Shown here: positions 1-10,151 of the stretch, piece by piece
Numbering within the stretch: position 1 is the stretch's first letter
How the letters are laid out: every line of letters begins with the position of its first letter
NCBI GenBank assembly: GCA_012521935.1
Contig: JAAYLJ010000014.1
Location: 1 to 37,753 of the forward strand
Reading direction: 5' to 3'
From: Campylobacteraceae bacterium
Lineage (GTDB): Bacteria > Campylobacterota > Campylobacteria > Campylobacterales > Campylobacteraceae
Length of the DNA: 37,753 nucleotides
Notes under the pieces: model-generated
What the model was told of the DNA's origin: nothing
Databases searched by the model: none
Seen by the model: only the letters and a program-made list of their open reading frames with translations
Position numbers and translations under genes: made by a program

Positions 1-570
1 AAGACTGGCTCAGGTGAGTTCATTGCACTTGATGCAAAAATGGGCTTTGATGATAGTGCTATCTTTAGGCAAAAAGATATAGAAAATATGAGAGATTTAA
101 GTGAGGAAGATCCAGCTGAACTTGAAGCTTCAGAGTACGGACTTAGCTATGTAAAGCTTGATGGATATGTTGGTTGCATGGTAAATGGAGCTGGGCTTGC
201 CATGGGTACAATGGATACCATTAATTATGTAGGAGGAGAGCCTGCAAACTTTTTAGATGTAGGTGGTGGTGCTAATCCTCAAAGTGTGGCAAAAGGGTTT
301 GAAATTATCTTAAAAGACCCAAATGTAAAATCAATATTTGTAAATATTTTTGGTGGAATTGTAAGATGCGATAGGATTGCAAATGGAATTCTTGAAGCAA
401 CTAAAATGGTAAAAGTAGATATTCCTGTAGTGGTAAGGCTTGATGGTACCAATTCAAAAGAGGCAGCTGAAATTTTAAGAGATGCAAATATTTCAAATAT
501 TATAACTGCATCTGATCTTGAAGATGGAGCAAGAAAAGCTGTTAAAGCCGCTAAAGGAGAGTTAAAATGA
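1..570 (+). CDS. sucC: Succinyl-CoA synthetase beta subunit, C-terminal part (5' end outside window)
   Basis: Frame 1 is open from base 1 ([18 protein letters not shown]...). C-terminal CoA-ligase domain strings are present ([25 protein letters not shown]). The stop overlaps the sucD start (ATGA at 567-570). Confidence 0.9.
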   Translation, partial: KTGSGEFIALDAKMGFDDSAIFRQKDIENMRDLSEEDPAELEASEYGLSYVKLDGYVGCMVNGAGLAMGTMDTINYVGGEPANFLDVGGGANPQSVAKGFEIILKDPNVKSIFVNIFGGIVRCDRIANGILEATKMVKVDIPVVVRLDGTNSKEAAEILRDANISNIITASDLEDGARKAVKAAKGELK

Positions 571-1445
571 GTATATTAGTTAATAAAGATACCAAGGTTA
601 TAGTCCAAGGCTTTACTGGCAAAGAAGGTACTTTCCACTCATCTCAGTGTATTGAGTATGGTACAAAAATTGTTGGTGGAGTAACTCCTGGAAAAGGCGG
701 ACAAACTCATTTAAACTTACCAGTTTTTGATAGTGTGATAGACGCTGTTAAGAGCACTAACGCAACAGTTAGCATGATATTTGTTCCTCCAGCTTTTGTA
801 GCTGACGCGGTTATGGAAGCAGCTGAAGCTGGGATTGAGCTTTGTGTCATCATCACTGAAGGAGCTCCCGTTAAAGATATGCAAGTTGCAAAAGCTTATG
901 CAATAAAAAAAGGGATGAAAACCATAGGACCAAACTGCCCAGGAATCATAACTGCACAAGAGTGTAAGATTGGGATTATGCCAGGAGTCATATTTAAAAA
1001 AGGGCCAGTTGGGCTCATTTCAAAGTCTGGCACGCTAACATATGAGGGTGCAAATCAGATAGTTAATGAAGGGCTTGGGATCACAACTGCTGTTGGCATT
1101 GGGGGAGATCCAATCATTGGACTTAGCTATAAAGAGTTGCTTCCAATGTTTGAAGCAGATCATGAGACGAAAGCTATTGTAATGATAGGAGAGATTGGAG
1201 GAGATTTAGAGATTGAAGCTGCTAAGTTTATAAAAGAGAAAATTACAAAACCAGTCATTGCTTTTATAGCAGGGCAGAGTGCTCCAAAAGGAAAAAGAAT
1301 GGGGCATGCTGGAGCAATTGTGAGTGGCAATAGCGGTACAGCAGCAGAAAAGATGAAAGCTTTGGAAGAGGTTGGTGTGCATGTTGTAATTTCACCTGCA
1401 GATATAGGTAAAAAAGTTTTATCTGTCTTAAAAGATAGAGTTTAA
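567..1445 (+). CDS. sucD: Succinyl-CoA synthetase alpha subunit
   Basis: 292 aa. N-terminus [24 protein letters not shown], then GPNCPGII and the phospho-histidine loop MGHAGAIV. Translationally coupled to sucC. Confidence 0.95.
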   Translation: MSILVNKDTKVIVQGFTGKEGTFHSSQCIEYGTKIVGGVTPGKGGQTHLNLPVFDSVIDAVKSTNATVSMIFVPPAFVADAVMEAAEAGIELCVIITEGAPVKDMQVAKAYAIKKGMKTIGPNCPGIITAQECKIGIMPGVIFKKGPVGLISKSGTLTYEGANQIVNEGLGITTAVGIGGDPIIGLSYKELLPMFEADHETKAIVMIGEIGGDLEIEAAKFIKEKITKPVIAFIAGQSAPKGKRMGHAGAIVSGNSGTAAEKMKALEEVGVHVVISPADIGKKVLSVLKDRV

Positions 1446-1460
1446 TAAAGGAGAATAGGT

Positions 1461-1778
1461 ATGAGTCTTATGAAGGCGCCAGAAGGGGTTCCTGTCTGGG
1501 TAGATATATCACGCTGTAAAGCTTGCGATATTTGTGTAAGCTTGTGTCCCGCAGGAGTTCTTGCAATGACTCCAGCCCCTGGAGCGATATTGGGCGCTAC
1601 TATTGAAGTAATTGAACCAGATGCGTGCATTGGGTGTAAAGATTGTGAATTGCACTGTCCTGATTTTGCCATATATGTAGCTGAAAGAAGTGAATATAAG
1701 TTTGCAAAACTTACCGATGAGGCAAAAGAGAGAGCAGAAGCTATTAGAAAAAATAAATTTAAAAAACTAAGCGCATAG
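1461..1778 (+). CDS. oorD: 2-oxoglutarate:acceptor oxidoreductase delta subunit (2x[4Fe-4S] ferredoxin)
   Basis: Two CxxCxxCxxxCP motifs (CKACDICVSLCP, CIGCKDCELHCP). AGGAG Shine-Dalgarno upstream. First gene of an oorDABC-ordered set next to sucCD. Confidence 0.85.
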   Translation: MSLMKAPEGVPVWVDISRCKACDICVSLCPAGVLAMTPAPGAILGATIEVIEPDACIGCKDCELHCPDFAIYVAERSEYKFAKLTDEAKERAEAIRKNKFKKLSA

Positions 1779-1786
1779 GAGAAGGG

Positions 1787-2920
1787 ATGGCTAGAGAAGT
1801 AGTATCAACAGGAAACTCTCTTGCGGCTTTAGCAGCTGTTGAGTGTGGATGTAATTTTTTTGGTGGCTATCCTATAACTCCATCAAGTGAGGTAGCCCAT
1901 GATTTAAGTGTTTTACTTCCAAAGTATGGTGGAACTTTTATTCAAATGGAAGATGAGATAGCTGGAATTTCAGTTGCATTGGGAGCTTCAATGAGTGGGG
2001 CTAAGGCAATGACTGCATCTTCTGGGCCAGGGATTTCTTTAAAATCAGAACAGATTGGACTTGGATTCATCGCTGAAATTCCTTTAGTTATAGTAAATGT
2101 TATGAGAGGAGGCCCATCTACTGGACTACCTACTAGGGTTTCTCAAGCAGACATTGGGCAAGCTAAGTATCCAACTCACGGAGATTTTGAATCTATCGCT
2201 CTTTGCCCTGGAAGTTTAGAAGAGGCATATACTGAAACTGTTAGAGCGTTTAATATTGCTGAGAAGTACATGACTCCTGTTTTTGTCTTACTTGATGAAA
2301 CACTTGGACATATGCATGGAAAAGCAATGCTACCTGATTTGGAAGAGGTTCAAAAAAGCGTAGTTAAAAGAGAGGTTTTTAAAGGTGATCCAAAAGATTA
2401 TAAGCCTTATGAGGCCAAAAAAGATAAGCCAGCTGTGCTAAACCCTTTCTTTAAAGGTTATAGATACCATATAACTGGACTTCATCATGGACCAACGGGT
2501 TTTCCAACAGAAGATGAGCATATTTGCCAATATAATATTGAAAGACTTATGAATAAAATAAGAGCTCATCATGAAGATTTAGTTAAATATGAAGAGTATA
2601 TGCTTGATGATGCTGAAGTTTGTATCATTGCTTATGGATCTATCTCAAGGGCTGCTAAAGAAGCAGTTATTAAGTTAAGATCTGAGGGGATAAAAGCTGG
2701 ACTTTTTAGGCCAATTACTCTTTGGCCAAGCCCTAAAAAAAGATTAAGAGAGCTTGCAAAAGAGTTTGATAAGATTTTTGTAACTGAGCTTAATATGGGG
2801 CAATATCTGCAAGAGATACAAAGAGTTATGAAAAGAGATGATTTTCAAACTCTACATAAAGCAAATGGTAGGCCAATAGCGCCTCTTGAAATGGTAGCTA
2901 AAGTTACGGAGATGATCTAA
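1787..2920 (+). CDS. oorA: 2-oxoglutarate:acceptor oxidoreductase alpha subunit
   Basis: 377 aa with a 2-oxoacid:ferredoxin oxidoreductase alpha-type N-terminus (GGYPITPSSE). Lies between the ferredoxin and TPP subunits. Stop/start overlap (TAATG) with oorB. Confidence 0.9.
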   Translation: MAREVVSTGNSLAALAAVECGCNFFGGYPITPSSEVAHDLSVLLPKYGGTFIQMEDEIAGISVALGASMSGAKAMTASSGPGISLKSEQIGLGFIAEIPLVIVNVMRGGPSTGLPTRVSQADIGQAKYPTHGDFESIALCPGSLEEAYTETVRAFNIAEKYMTPVFVLLDETLGHMHGKAMLPDLEEVQKSVVKREVFKGDPKDYKPYEAKKDKPAVLNPFFKGYRYHITGLHHGPTGFPTEDEHICQYNIERLMNKIRAHHEDLVKYEEYMLDDAEVCIIAYGSISRAAKEAVIKLRSEGIKAGLFRPITLWPSPKKRLRELAKEFDKIFVTELNMGQYLQEIQRVMKRDDFQTLHKANGRPIAPLEMVAKVTEMI

Positions 2921-3747
2921 TGGCATTTAACTATGATGAATATTTACGCACTGACAAAATGCCGACCTTATGGTGTTGGGGGTGTGGCGATGGTGTTATT
3001 TTAAAGTCTATCATTCGTACAATAGAAAAGCTAGGTTGGAGTATGGATGATGTATGTTTAGTCTCTGGGATTGGTTGTAGTGGAAGAATTAGCTCATATG
3101 TTAACTGCAACACTGTTCACACAACTCACGGCAGAGCAGTGGCTTATGCAACAGGTATTAAGCTAGCAAATCCTGATAAGAAAGTGATTGTAGTAACAGG
3201 AGATGGAGATGGGCTTGCAATTGGTGGGAACCATACTATTCATGGATGTAGAAGAAATATAGATTTAAACCATGTTTTAATAAATAACTTTATTTATGGA
3301 TTAACAAACTCTCAAACCTCTCCAACAACTCCACAAGGGATGTGGACTGTTACAGCTCAATATGGAAATATTGATCCATCATTTGACGCGGCAAAGTTGG
3401 CTGAGGCAGCAGGAGCTACTTTTGTAGCAAGAGAGAGTGTAGTTGATCCTAGAAAGATTGAAAAAGTTCTTTTTGAAGGATTTAGTCACGAGGGTTACTC
3501 ATTTTTTGATATTTTTTCAAATTGTCACATCAATTTAGGTAGAAAAAATAAAATGGGTGAAGCTTATCAAAATTTAGAGTGGATAAAAAACCAAACAGTA
3601 TCTAAAAGAAAATATGAAACGCTTGAGGATAAGAGCGGGTTTTTCCCAACTGGAGTATTAAAACATGATACTACTAAGCTAGAGTACTGCAAAGGGTATC
3701 AAAAAGTAATAGAAGCTGCGCAAGAAAAGCGCATGGTCAAGCTTTAG
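2920..3747 (+). CDS. oorB: 2-oxoglutarate:acceptor oxidoreductase beta (TPP-binding) subunit
   Basis: Cys cluster WCWGCGDG and GIGCSGR. TPP-binding GDGDGLAIGGNH motif. Confidence 0.9.
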   Translation: MAFNYDEYLRTDKMPTLWCWGCGDGVILKSIIRTIEKLGWSMDDVCLVSGIGCSGRISSYVNCNTVHTTHGRAVAYATGIKLANPDKKVIVVTGDGDGLAIGGNHTIHGCRRNIDLNHVLINNFIYGLTNSQTSPTTPQGMWTVTAQYGNIDPSFDAAKLAEAAGATFVARESVVDPRKIEKVLFEGFSHEGYSFFDIFSNCHINLGRKNKMGEAYQNLEWIKNQTVSKRKYETLEDKSGFFPTGVLKHDTTKLEYCKGYQKVIEAAQEKRMVKL

Positions 3748-3756
3748 GAGGCCACT

Positions 3757-4314
3757 ATGAGAAATCAATTGCGTTTTGTGGGAGTAGGTGGTCAAGGTGT
3801 TATTTTAGCTGGAGAGATATTGGCTGCAGCAAAGATAAAAGATGGTGGATATGGTGTAAAAGCTTCTACTTATACCTCACAAGTAAGAGGAGGGCCAACC
3901 AAGGTTGACATACTCCTTGATGAGGGAGAGATACTATTTCCTTATGCAAATGAGGGCGAGATAGAGTTCATGCTTGCAACTGCTCAAGTTAGCTATGATC
4001 AGTTTAAAAGTGGGGTAAAAGAGGGCGGTATAATTGTAGTAGAGCCAAACTTAGTTAAACCATCAAATGAAGATAGAAAAAAATGGAAAATATATGAAAT
4101 TCCAATAATCACCATAGCAAAAGATGAAGTTGGCAATGTTGTTACTCAATCTGTTGTTGCTTTAGCCATCGCTTTGGAAATGACTGAGGTTTTAAATGAA
4201 GAGTTGGTTAAAGAAGTCATGTTATCTAAAGTTCCACCAAAGGTGCATGAAGCCAACATTAAAGCTTTTGATCTTGGGGTTAAGTACGCAAAAGAAGCTA
4301 TGAAGGATAACTAA
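3757..4314 (+). CDS. oorC: 2-oxoglutarate:acceptor oxidoreductase gamma subunit
   Basis: 185 aa with a gamma-subunit type N-terminus (VGVGGQGVILAGEIL). Last gene of the oorDABC string. Confidence 0.85.
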   Translation: MRNQLRFVGVGGQGVILAGEILAAAKIKDGGYGVKASTYTSQVRGGPTKVDILLDEGEILFPYANEGEIEFMLATAQVSYDQFKSGVKEGGIIVVEPNLVKPSNEDRKKWKIYEIPIITIAKDEVGNVVTQSVVALAIALEMTEVLNEELVKEVMLSKVPPKVHEANIKAFDLGVKYAKEAMKDN

Positions 4315-4331
4315 AGGGACTTCCCCTTTAG
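4311..4331. terminator. Hairpin between the convergent oorC and marC-family genes (candidate bidirectional terminator)
   Basis: CTAAAGGG-ACTTC-CCCTTTAG: a perfect 8-bp stem with a 5-nt loop. It overlaps the oorC stop codon and lies 6 nt beyond the end of the minus-strand gene. The flanking U-tracts are weak. Confidence 0.4.
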
Positions 4332-4336
4332 TTATC

Positions 4337-4921
4337 TTAAATTTCAAAAAAACCTTTTATGCCAGATAATACCATTTGAGCAGAGAGTGCTGCTAAAACT
4401 AATCCAGTTATCTTACTTAAAACAATTAGTCCAGATTTTTTGGTAACTTTTTCTATCTCATTTGCAAAATATAAAAGTAACCCAATGCTAAAAACAGCTA
4501 GATATAAAGCTAGCCAACCTTTAAGTACTTCACTTGTCTCTTCTAAACTAGCGCCCATAACTAAAATAGCTCCAATAGTTCCAGGCCCAATGGTTATTGG
4601 GATGGCTAAAGGAACTACGATTGAACTATTTATATCCTCAAGCGGTTCACTTGGCAACGGCCCATTTATCAAAGATATAGCTGTTATGAAAAGCAGAGCC
4701 CCAGCACCAACTCTAAATGCTTCTAGAGTTATGCCAAGCATAAAGAAGATATGATTGCCAAAAAATAGAAGTATTGAGACTAAAATGGAGATGGTTAAAG
4801 TTGTTTTAAGTGCTAGTTTTTTTCTACTCTCAAGGCTATTTTTGGTTAAAATCAAAAACATTAAAAGAGAAAAAAATGGTGTCATTAAAAAGAAAAATTT
4901 TATATATGTTGTAAATATCAT
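4337..4921 (-). CDS. MarC/UPF0056 family integral membrane protein
   Basis: 194 aa, about 6 hydrophobic spans. Family-typical string GNHIFFMLGITLEAFRVGAGALLF. Confidence 0.75.
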   Translation of the reverse strand: MIFTTYIKFFFLMTPFFSLLMFLILTKNSLESRKKLALKTTLTISILVSILLFFGNHIFFMLGITLEAFRVGAGALLFITAISLINGPLPSEPLEDINSSIVVPLAIPITIGPGTIGAILVMGASLEETSEVLKGWLALYLAVFSIGLLLYFANEIEKVTKKSGLIVLSKITGLVLAALSAQMVLSGIKGFFEI

Positions 4922-4937
4922 TTAAAAAACTTTTCAA

Positions 4938-5609
4938 TTAATGAAATATGGTAGAGCCTAATCTAACCATGTTTGAACCACAACTAATTGCAAGCTCATA
5001 ATCCCCACTCATTCCCATTGAGCAAATTGAAGCTCCATGAGATTTTAAAGATTCAAATATCTTATATGTAGCTTCAAAGCTTTCTTGAACAAGTTTTCTA
5101 TCATCCTCGTGAGCGCCCATACTCATTACGCCTAAAAGATTTATATTTTTACACTCACTTAAAATTTTCAAATACTCTTCATTTGCAACCTCAGGCATAA
5201 CTCCAGATTTTGAATCTTCTTTTGCGCTATTTATTTGCAAAAGAATATTTACTTTTTTACCCTTTGCTTCTAATCTTTTATCTATCTCTTTAGCTAATGA
5301 AAAACTCTCACACGAGTGGATCAAGCTAACATTTTGATCCAAAAGTGCATTTATCTTATTTTTTTGCAATCTTCCAATAAAATGCCACTCTAAAGGTAAA
5401 TTTTCTAACTCTTCACTCTTTTTTGCAAGCTCTTGAACCCTATTTTCCCCAAATGCTCTTTGTCCAGCGTTATATAGCAGTTCCACCTCTTTTGAAGTCA
5501 CGCTTTTACTAACTGCAACTAGCTTTATGATTTGGTGTTCACTAACTTTTGTCCTAGCTTTTTCAATTTTTTCAAAAACTGCGTCTAATCTTTTTTCATA
5601 AATATTCAC
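4938..5609 (-). CDS. yggS: YggS-family pyridoxal-phosphate homeostasis protein
   Basis: 223 aa. PLP-lysine context LVAVSKSV, FGENRVQE, HFIGRLQKNK, and a C-terminal MVRLGSTIF typical of the YggS/PROSC family. Confidence 0.85.
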   Translation of the reverse strand: MNIYEKRLDAVFEKIEKARTKVSEHQIIKLVAVSKSVTSKEVELLYNAGQRAFGENRVQELAKKSEELENLPLEWHFIGRLQKNKINALLDQNVSLIHSCESFSLAKEIDKRLEAKGKKVNILLQINSAKEDSKSGVMPEVANEEYLKILSECKNINLLGVMSMGAHEDDRKLVQESFEATYKIFESLKSHGASICSMGMSGDYELAISCGSNMVRLGSTIFH

Positions 5610-6661
5610 TGATATGCTTCTGATATTCTTAAAATATTATTTGTAATAGTAAAGGCCATTAAGCTTATAAGAATAGACCATCCAGCATAAGTTAGATTGA
5701 TGTAAACCTTCTCATTTGGTGGCCTTTTAAAAAGTAACTCATATAGATTGAAAATAATGTGCCCACCATCAAGTGCGGGAATTGGAAAAAGATTTATCAC
5801 CCCTAGGTTAACTGAAATTAAAGCAGTGAGTAAAAACAGTGTTACTATGCCACTTTTAGCAGCTGAAGATGTTATTTGGACAATGGAGATAACTCCACCC
5901 ATCTCTTTTGGAGAGATAACTCCCTCAATCATTTTTTGTAAACTTTTTAAGATTAAGGTTGCTGATTTTATGGTTTCATTGTAAGCATAAATAAAAGGCT
6001 TTGTGCCTGTTAAATAAAGTGTAGTAACCTCACCAATGGGAGATATGCCAATTAGTTTTTCATGTATAGTTTCACCAAAAATATTTCTATTTTCACTTAA
6101 CTTTGGAGTTAATGAGATAAGATGAGTTTTTCCATCCCTTTCTATCTTAAGCTCAATTTGGCCATCAGTTTTTAAAACCATTGGTTTAATTTCATCCCAT
6201 GAATTAATTGAAATATTAGCAATTTCTAAAATCTTATCGCCCTCAATTAACCCAGCGCTTTGCGCACTTGAGTTTTCAGATATATTGCCAATTACTGGTG
6301 CTAAAGTAGGCACTCCAAGCACTCCAACAGCAATATAAAGAAAAAAAGCTAATAGAAAATTTGCAAATGGTCCAGCAAAAAGAATAGCTATTTTTTGAAG
6401 AGGTGGCTTTGACATATAGCTATCATGATCAAAGTTTTTCTTAGATGGATCGCTATCATCTTGTCCTTTCATTTGAACATATCCGCCAAGGGGGACTGCG
6501 CTTATGCAGTAAGTTGTATCCTTATGAACCCAAGATAGGATTTTTTTACCAAAACCTATACTAAAAACCTCTACCTTAACTCCAAAAAATCTTGCAACTA
6601 CAAAGTGTCCAAGTTCATGAAAAAAGATTAAAAAAGAGAGGATTAAGATAGAAATTAGCAC
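5606..6661 (-). CDS. rseP: RIP site-2 zinc metalloprotease (RseP family)
   Basis: HELGH zinc motif in the first TM region, a central PDZ-like segment, and the NLFPIPALDGGH second motif. ATGA-type overlap with yggS. Confidence 0.85.
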   Translation of the reverse strand: MLISILILSFLIFFHELGHFVVARFFGVKVEVFSIGFGKKILSWVHKDTTYCISAVPLGGYVQMKGQDDSDPSKKNFDHDSYMSKPPLQKIAILFAGPFANFLLAFFLYIAVGVLGVPTLAPVIGNISENSSAQSAGLIEGDKILEIANISINSWDEIKPMVLKTDGQIELKIERDGKTHLISLTPKLSENRNIFGETIHEKLIGISPIGEVTTLYLTGTKPFIYAYNETIKSATLILKSLQKMIEGVISPKEMGGVISIVQITSSAAKSGIVTLFLLTALISVNLGVINLFPIPALDGGHIIFNLYELLFKRPPNEKVYINLTYAGWSILISLMAFTITNNILRISEAYQ

Positions 6662-7197
6662 TACTCATCCTCTTTTGTAAAATTAACTATGTACTCCCAC
6701 CCAGAATATAGAGTCATTGCTACTGCTATCCAGAGTAAAAATTGAGCTAAAGGCCAATCCATAATTAAAAAACCAATAGCTATCATTTGCATAACAGTTT
6801 TAACTTTTCCAGCAAATGAAGCAGCTATATTAGCCCCCTCGCTTGCAGCCATAACTCTAAGTCCAGTTATGAAAAACTCTCTAGTTAAGATAAGATATAT
6901 AGCCCAAGGATTAGCCCTGCCAATAAGCATTAAACCTAAAAAAGCAGCTAAGGTTAACATTTTATCTGCAAGTGGGTCTAAAATTGCACCAAGTTTTGTT
7001 TTTTGATTCCATTTTCTAGCGATGAAGCCATCAAAAAAGTCTGTAATACTGGCTATTACAAAGATTAATGCTGCATAATAATCAAGCCAACTTATGTGGA
7101 TTGATTCAAAAAAATCTCTTTGAATGAGTAAAATAAAAAGAAGTGGTGCTAAAAATACTCTAATAAGAGCTAGTGCATTTGGAAGGTTTAATCTCAT
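6661..7197 (-). CDS. pgsA: CDP-diacylglycerol--glycerol-3-phosphate 3-phosphatidyltransferase
   Basis: 178 aa. CDP-alcohol phosphatidyltransferase motif DFFDGFIARKWNQKTKLGAILDPLADK. Confidence 0.85.
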   Translation of the reverse strand: MRLNLPNALALIRVFLAPLLFILLIQRDFFESIHISWLDYYAALIFVIASITDFFDGFIARKWNQKTKLGAILDPLADKMLTLAAFLGLMLIGRANPWAIYLILTREFFITGLRVMAASEGANIAASFAGKVKTVMQMIAIGFLIMDWPLAQFLLWIAVAMTLYSGWEYIVNFTKEDE

Positions 7198-7961
7198 TTA
7201 AATGTGGTTCCCCCATCAATTATTAGTGTATGTCCTGTAATCCAATTTGCACTACTTGAACATAAAAATAGACACGCTCCTGCCATGTCTATTGGTTGCC
7301 CCATTCTGTTTAATGGAGAGAGACTAGCAGTTTTTTCTTTTACCTCTTCATAGTTTGTAAAGGCTCTAAGTGCATCAGTTTCGATTGGTCCTCCGCTTAT
7401 AGCATTAACTCTAATGCCTTTTTCTCCAAGCTCAGTTGCTGCGTATCTAACCATAACCTCAACCGCAGCCTTGCTAGCTCCATGTCCTGCATAGTTGTCT
7501 ATATATACTAAGTTTCCAGTAGATGAGAGAGATATGATGCTTCCACCACCTATTTTTTCCATTCTTTTTGCTGCTTCTTGAGCTCCAACAACAAAAGCAT
7601 TTACAGTTGCGGTAAAGATATTGTTTATTCCTCTAGGTCTTAGCTTCATAAATTTTGTATATCCACCAACAACAGCTCTTCCAGAGATGATTGCATTAGA
7701 TATGAAAAAATCAACCCTATCAAAATCCTCATCTATCTTTTTAAAAAGCTCTTTATATTCATCTGGTACTAAAATATTTAGTGGATAAGCTCTAGCTTTA
7801 ATCCCATACTCTTTCTCTAACTCTTTAGCTTGATTTTGAGCAAGCTCTTCATTTGAATTGTAGGTAAAGGCGATATTCACACCTTTTTTGGCAAATTCAA
7901 TTACAATTGCCCTGCCAATACCCCTTGTTCCACCACTAATTACTAAACACTTCCCCTTCAT
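7194..7961 (-). CDS. SDR-family enoyl-[acyl-carrier-protein] reductase, FabL-like
   Basis: GGTRGIGRA dinucleotide-binding motif. The active-site spacing is Y-x6-K (NYAGHGASK), as in enoyl reductases, rather than the classical YxxxK. Sits between dapA and pgsA. Confidence 0.65.
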   Translation of the reverse strand: MKGKCLVISGGTRGIGRAIVIEFAKKGVNIAFTYNSNEELAQNQAKELEKEYGIKARAYPLNILVPDEYKELFKKIDEDFDRVDFFISNAIISGRAVVGGYTKFMKLRPRGINNIFTATVNAFVVGAQEAAKRMEKIGGGSIISLSSTGNLVYIDNYAGHGASKAAVEVMVRYAATELGEKGIRVNAISGGPIETDALRAFTNYEEVKEKTASLSPLNRMGQPIDMAGACLFLCSSSANWITGHTLIIDGGTTFK

Positions 7962-8854
7962 TATAAACCTTTTATCTCATACTTTGACATAACTTTTTCA
8001 ATATTTTTAAGATTCTCTTTACTAGGAGAACTAAGCGGCAGTCTATATTCTAGAGTATCTATGAGCCCAGCTATATAAAGTGCTGCTTTTATTGGGATAG
8101 GATTGCTTTCACAAAAAAGGACTTTATTTATCTCATAAAGAGTATCATTTATGCTTTTAGCCTTTGCAAAATCACCATCCATAGCGTAGTGAGTAAGTTT
8201 TGATAGATAATTGGGTAAAAGATTTGCAGTAACAGAAATGATCCCTTTACCTCCATTTGAAAGAACTGGATAGTTTATGACATCTTCACCGCTAATAACA
8301 GCTAATTTTGGCTCATGAGCTAAAAGATCTACGCATCTTTCAATGGATCCTGTTGCCTCTTTTACCCCATATATGTTTGGACACTCATTAAATAGTTTAA
8401 ATATTGTCTCAGGCAACAAATCACACCCTGTTCGTCCTGGAACATTGTATAGTAAAACAGGAATATCAATGGAGTCTGCTATGCTTTTATAGTGCAAAAA
8501 TAGCCCCTCTTGCATAGGTTTATTGTAATAAGGTGTAACAGATAATATACCATCAGCTCCATGTTTTTGTGCAAATTTAGCTAAATCTACAGCTTCATGA
8601 GTGGCGTTACTTCCAGCTCCTGCTAAAACTTTTGTGTCACTGTTTTTACACACTTCAACAGCGATTTCAATACACCTTCTATGCTCATCATGAGTTAGCG
8701 TTGCACTCTCTCCTGTTGTGCCAACAGGAACGACAGTATCAATACTATTATCAATCTGTCTTTTTATAAGTTTTGCATAACTCTCTTCATCTAATTTGCC
8801 ATTTTTCATAGGCGTAACAAGGGCAGTCATTGCCCCAATGGGTGGGTTACTCAT
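7961..8854 (-). CDS. dapA: 4-hydroxy-tetrahydrodipicolinate synthase
   Basis: [10 protein letters not shown] motif and Schiff-base lysine context YGVKEATGS. 297 aa. Confidence 0.92.
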   Translation of the reverse strand: MSNPPIGAMTALVTPMKNGKLDEESYAKLIKRQIDNSIDTVVPVGTTGESATLTHDEHRRCIEIAVEVCKNSDTKVLAGAGSNATHEAVDLAKFAQKHGADGILSVTPYYNKPMQEGLFLHYKSIADSIDIPVLLYNVPGRTGCDLLPETIFKLFNECPNIYGVKEATGSIERCVDLLAHEPKLAVISGEDVINYPVLSNGGKGIISVTANLLPNYLSKLTHYAMDGDFAKAKSINDTLYEINKVLFCESNPIPIKAALYIAGLIDTLEYRLPLSSPSKENLKNIEKVMSKYEIKGL

Positions 8855-10151
8855 GGTTTTCCTTTCTTAAAATAAGAGTTGTTGAACTCTTTTTGTTAAA
8901 GTAGGTTTTCGCTACTTTGACTAACTCTTCTTTGGTGATATTATTAATATCTTTTTCATAATTTAAAAGCGGTAAAACGTCCCCTCTAGCAAGATAACTT
9001 CCAAAAAGATTGGCTAAGGCGCTTGAGCTTTCAAGCGAAAAGATAAAATCTGCTTTAGTTGTAGTTTTTACTTTTTCTATCTCTTCATCTTGAATTTTTC
9101 CATCTTTTATTAAATCTATAATTTTTAAAATCTCACCCTCTACCTCTTCAGCTTTAACTCCTGGGTTACATACAGCTAAAAATAGAAATAGTGAAGGATC
9201 TTTACTCTCAAGATTGTAAGCATATATTTGATTTACTAGCTTTTTTTCATCAATTAAAATCCTATTTAAATAGCTACTTTTTCCATTGCTAAGTAGTTCA
9301 CTTATGGCTGATAGTGCCACTTGATCTTGATGTTTAAAGTTTGGAATTTTGTAAGAAAGTGCTAGCAGTTCTACCTCGCTATCTTTAAAAATCTCTACCC
9401 TTTTTGCACCTTTTTGCTCTGGCTCTACCTCATGCTTAACTGGAAGAGGTGCTCTATTTTCAATATTTTCAAAATTTTTCTTTACTAGCGCAAAAGCTTC
9501 ATCTTTATTAATATCTCCAGAAATTACTACAATGGCATTTTTAGGTTGATAGTAAGTTTCATGAAAAGCTTTAATATCTTCAATCGTCCAATTTTTAATA
9601 TCTTCAATAAAACCAATTGGAGTCCAATGATATGGATGGTAGATAAAAGCGTGATTAAAAAGGTTAAAATATAAAAAGCCTATGGGAGAGTTATCTGTTC
9701 TCCAAAGCCTCTCTTCAAGTACAACATCTCTTTCAGGCTGAAACTCTTCATCTTTTAAGTTTAAATTTGACATAAGTTCAGAAAAAAGCTCCAGTGATTT
9801 TTCAAGATTAGATGAAGCGCTTTTTATGTAGTAATGAGTGTAATCAAAACCAGTTGAAGCGTTATTTAACCCTCCAAAGCCTTTTACAATCTCATCAAAC
9901 TCACCAGCTTTTAAATTTTTAGTAGATTTAAAATTTAAGTGCTCTAGCATATGGGCAATGCCACTCTTACCCATAATCTCATCGCCACTGCCAACTTTAT
10001 AAAATATATTTGTACTTACAACATTTGAGTTATTTAAAATTGGAATAACTACAACTTCTAATCCGTTTTTCAATGTTTGTGTATGATATTTAGGCAAAGA
10101 ACTCGCCATTAAAACTCCTGTTAATAAAATATAAAATAGTATCTTTTTCAT
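8847..10151 (-). CDS. Exported M16-family zinc peptidase (pitrilysin/PqqL-like)
   Basis: N-terminal signal-like peptide ([18 protein letters not shown]). Inverted zincin motif HMLEH in [11 protein letters not shown]. 434 aa. Confidence 0.85.
   Translation of the reverse strand: MKKILFYILLTGVLMASSLPKYHTQTLKNGLEVVVIPILNNSNVVSTNIFYKVGSGDEIMGKSGIAHMLEHLNFKSTKNLKAGEFDEIVKGFGGLNNASTGFDYTHYYIKSASSNLEKSLELFSELMSNLNLKDEEFQPERDVVLEERLWRTDNSPIGFLYFNLFNHAFIYHPYHWTPIGFIEDIKNWTIEDIKAFHETYYQPKNAIVVISGDINKDEAFALVKKNFENIENRAPLPVKHEVEPEQKGAKRVEIFKDSEVELLALSYKIPNFKHQDQVALSAISELLSNGKSSYLNRILIDEKKLVNQIYAYNLESKDPSLFLFLAVCNPGVKAEEVEGEILKIIDLIKDGKIQDEEIEKVKTTTKADFIFSLESSSALANLFGSYLARGDVLPLLNYEKDINNITKEELVKVAKTYFNKKSSTTLILRKENHE

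Noticed and set aside
717-1672. Minus-strand ORFs 717-959 and 1442-1672, antisense to sucD and oorD.
   Set aside because: They lie opposite motif-rich conserved genes (the sucD phospho-His region, the oorD Fe-S motifs) and are almost certainly non-coding. The same reasoning applies to the other short antisense ORFs in the track: 2931-3113, 4440-4754, 5748-5984, 10422-10682, 13037-13276, 13081-13263, 16235-16432, 20116-20367, 20563-20754, 21454-21669, 22144-22347, 22573-22887, 25204-25455, 26268-26513, 26968-27156, 27559-27774, 27814-28023, 29523-29762, 29919-30209, 31968-32183 and 37506-37691.
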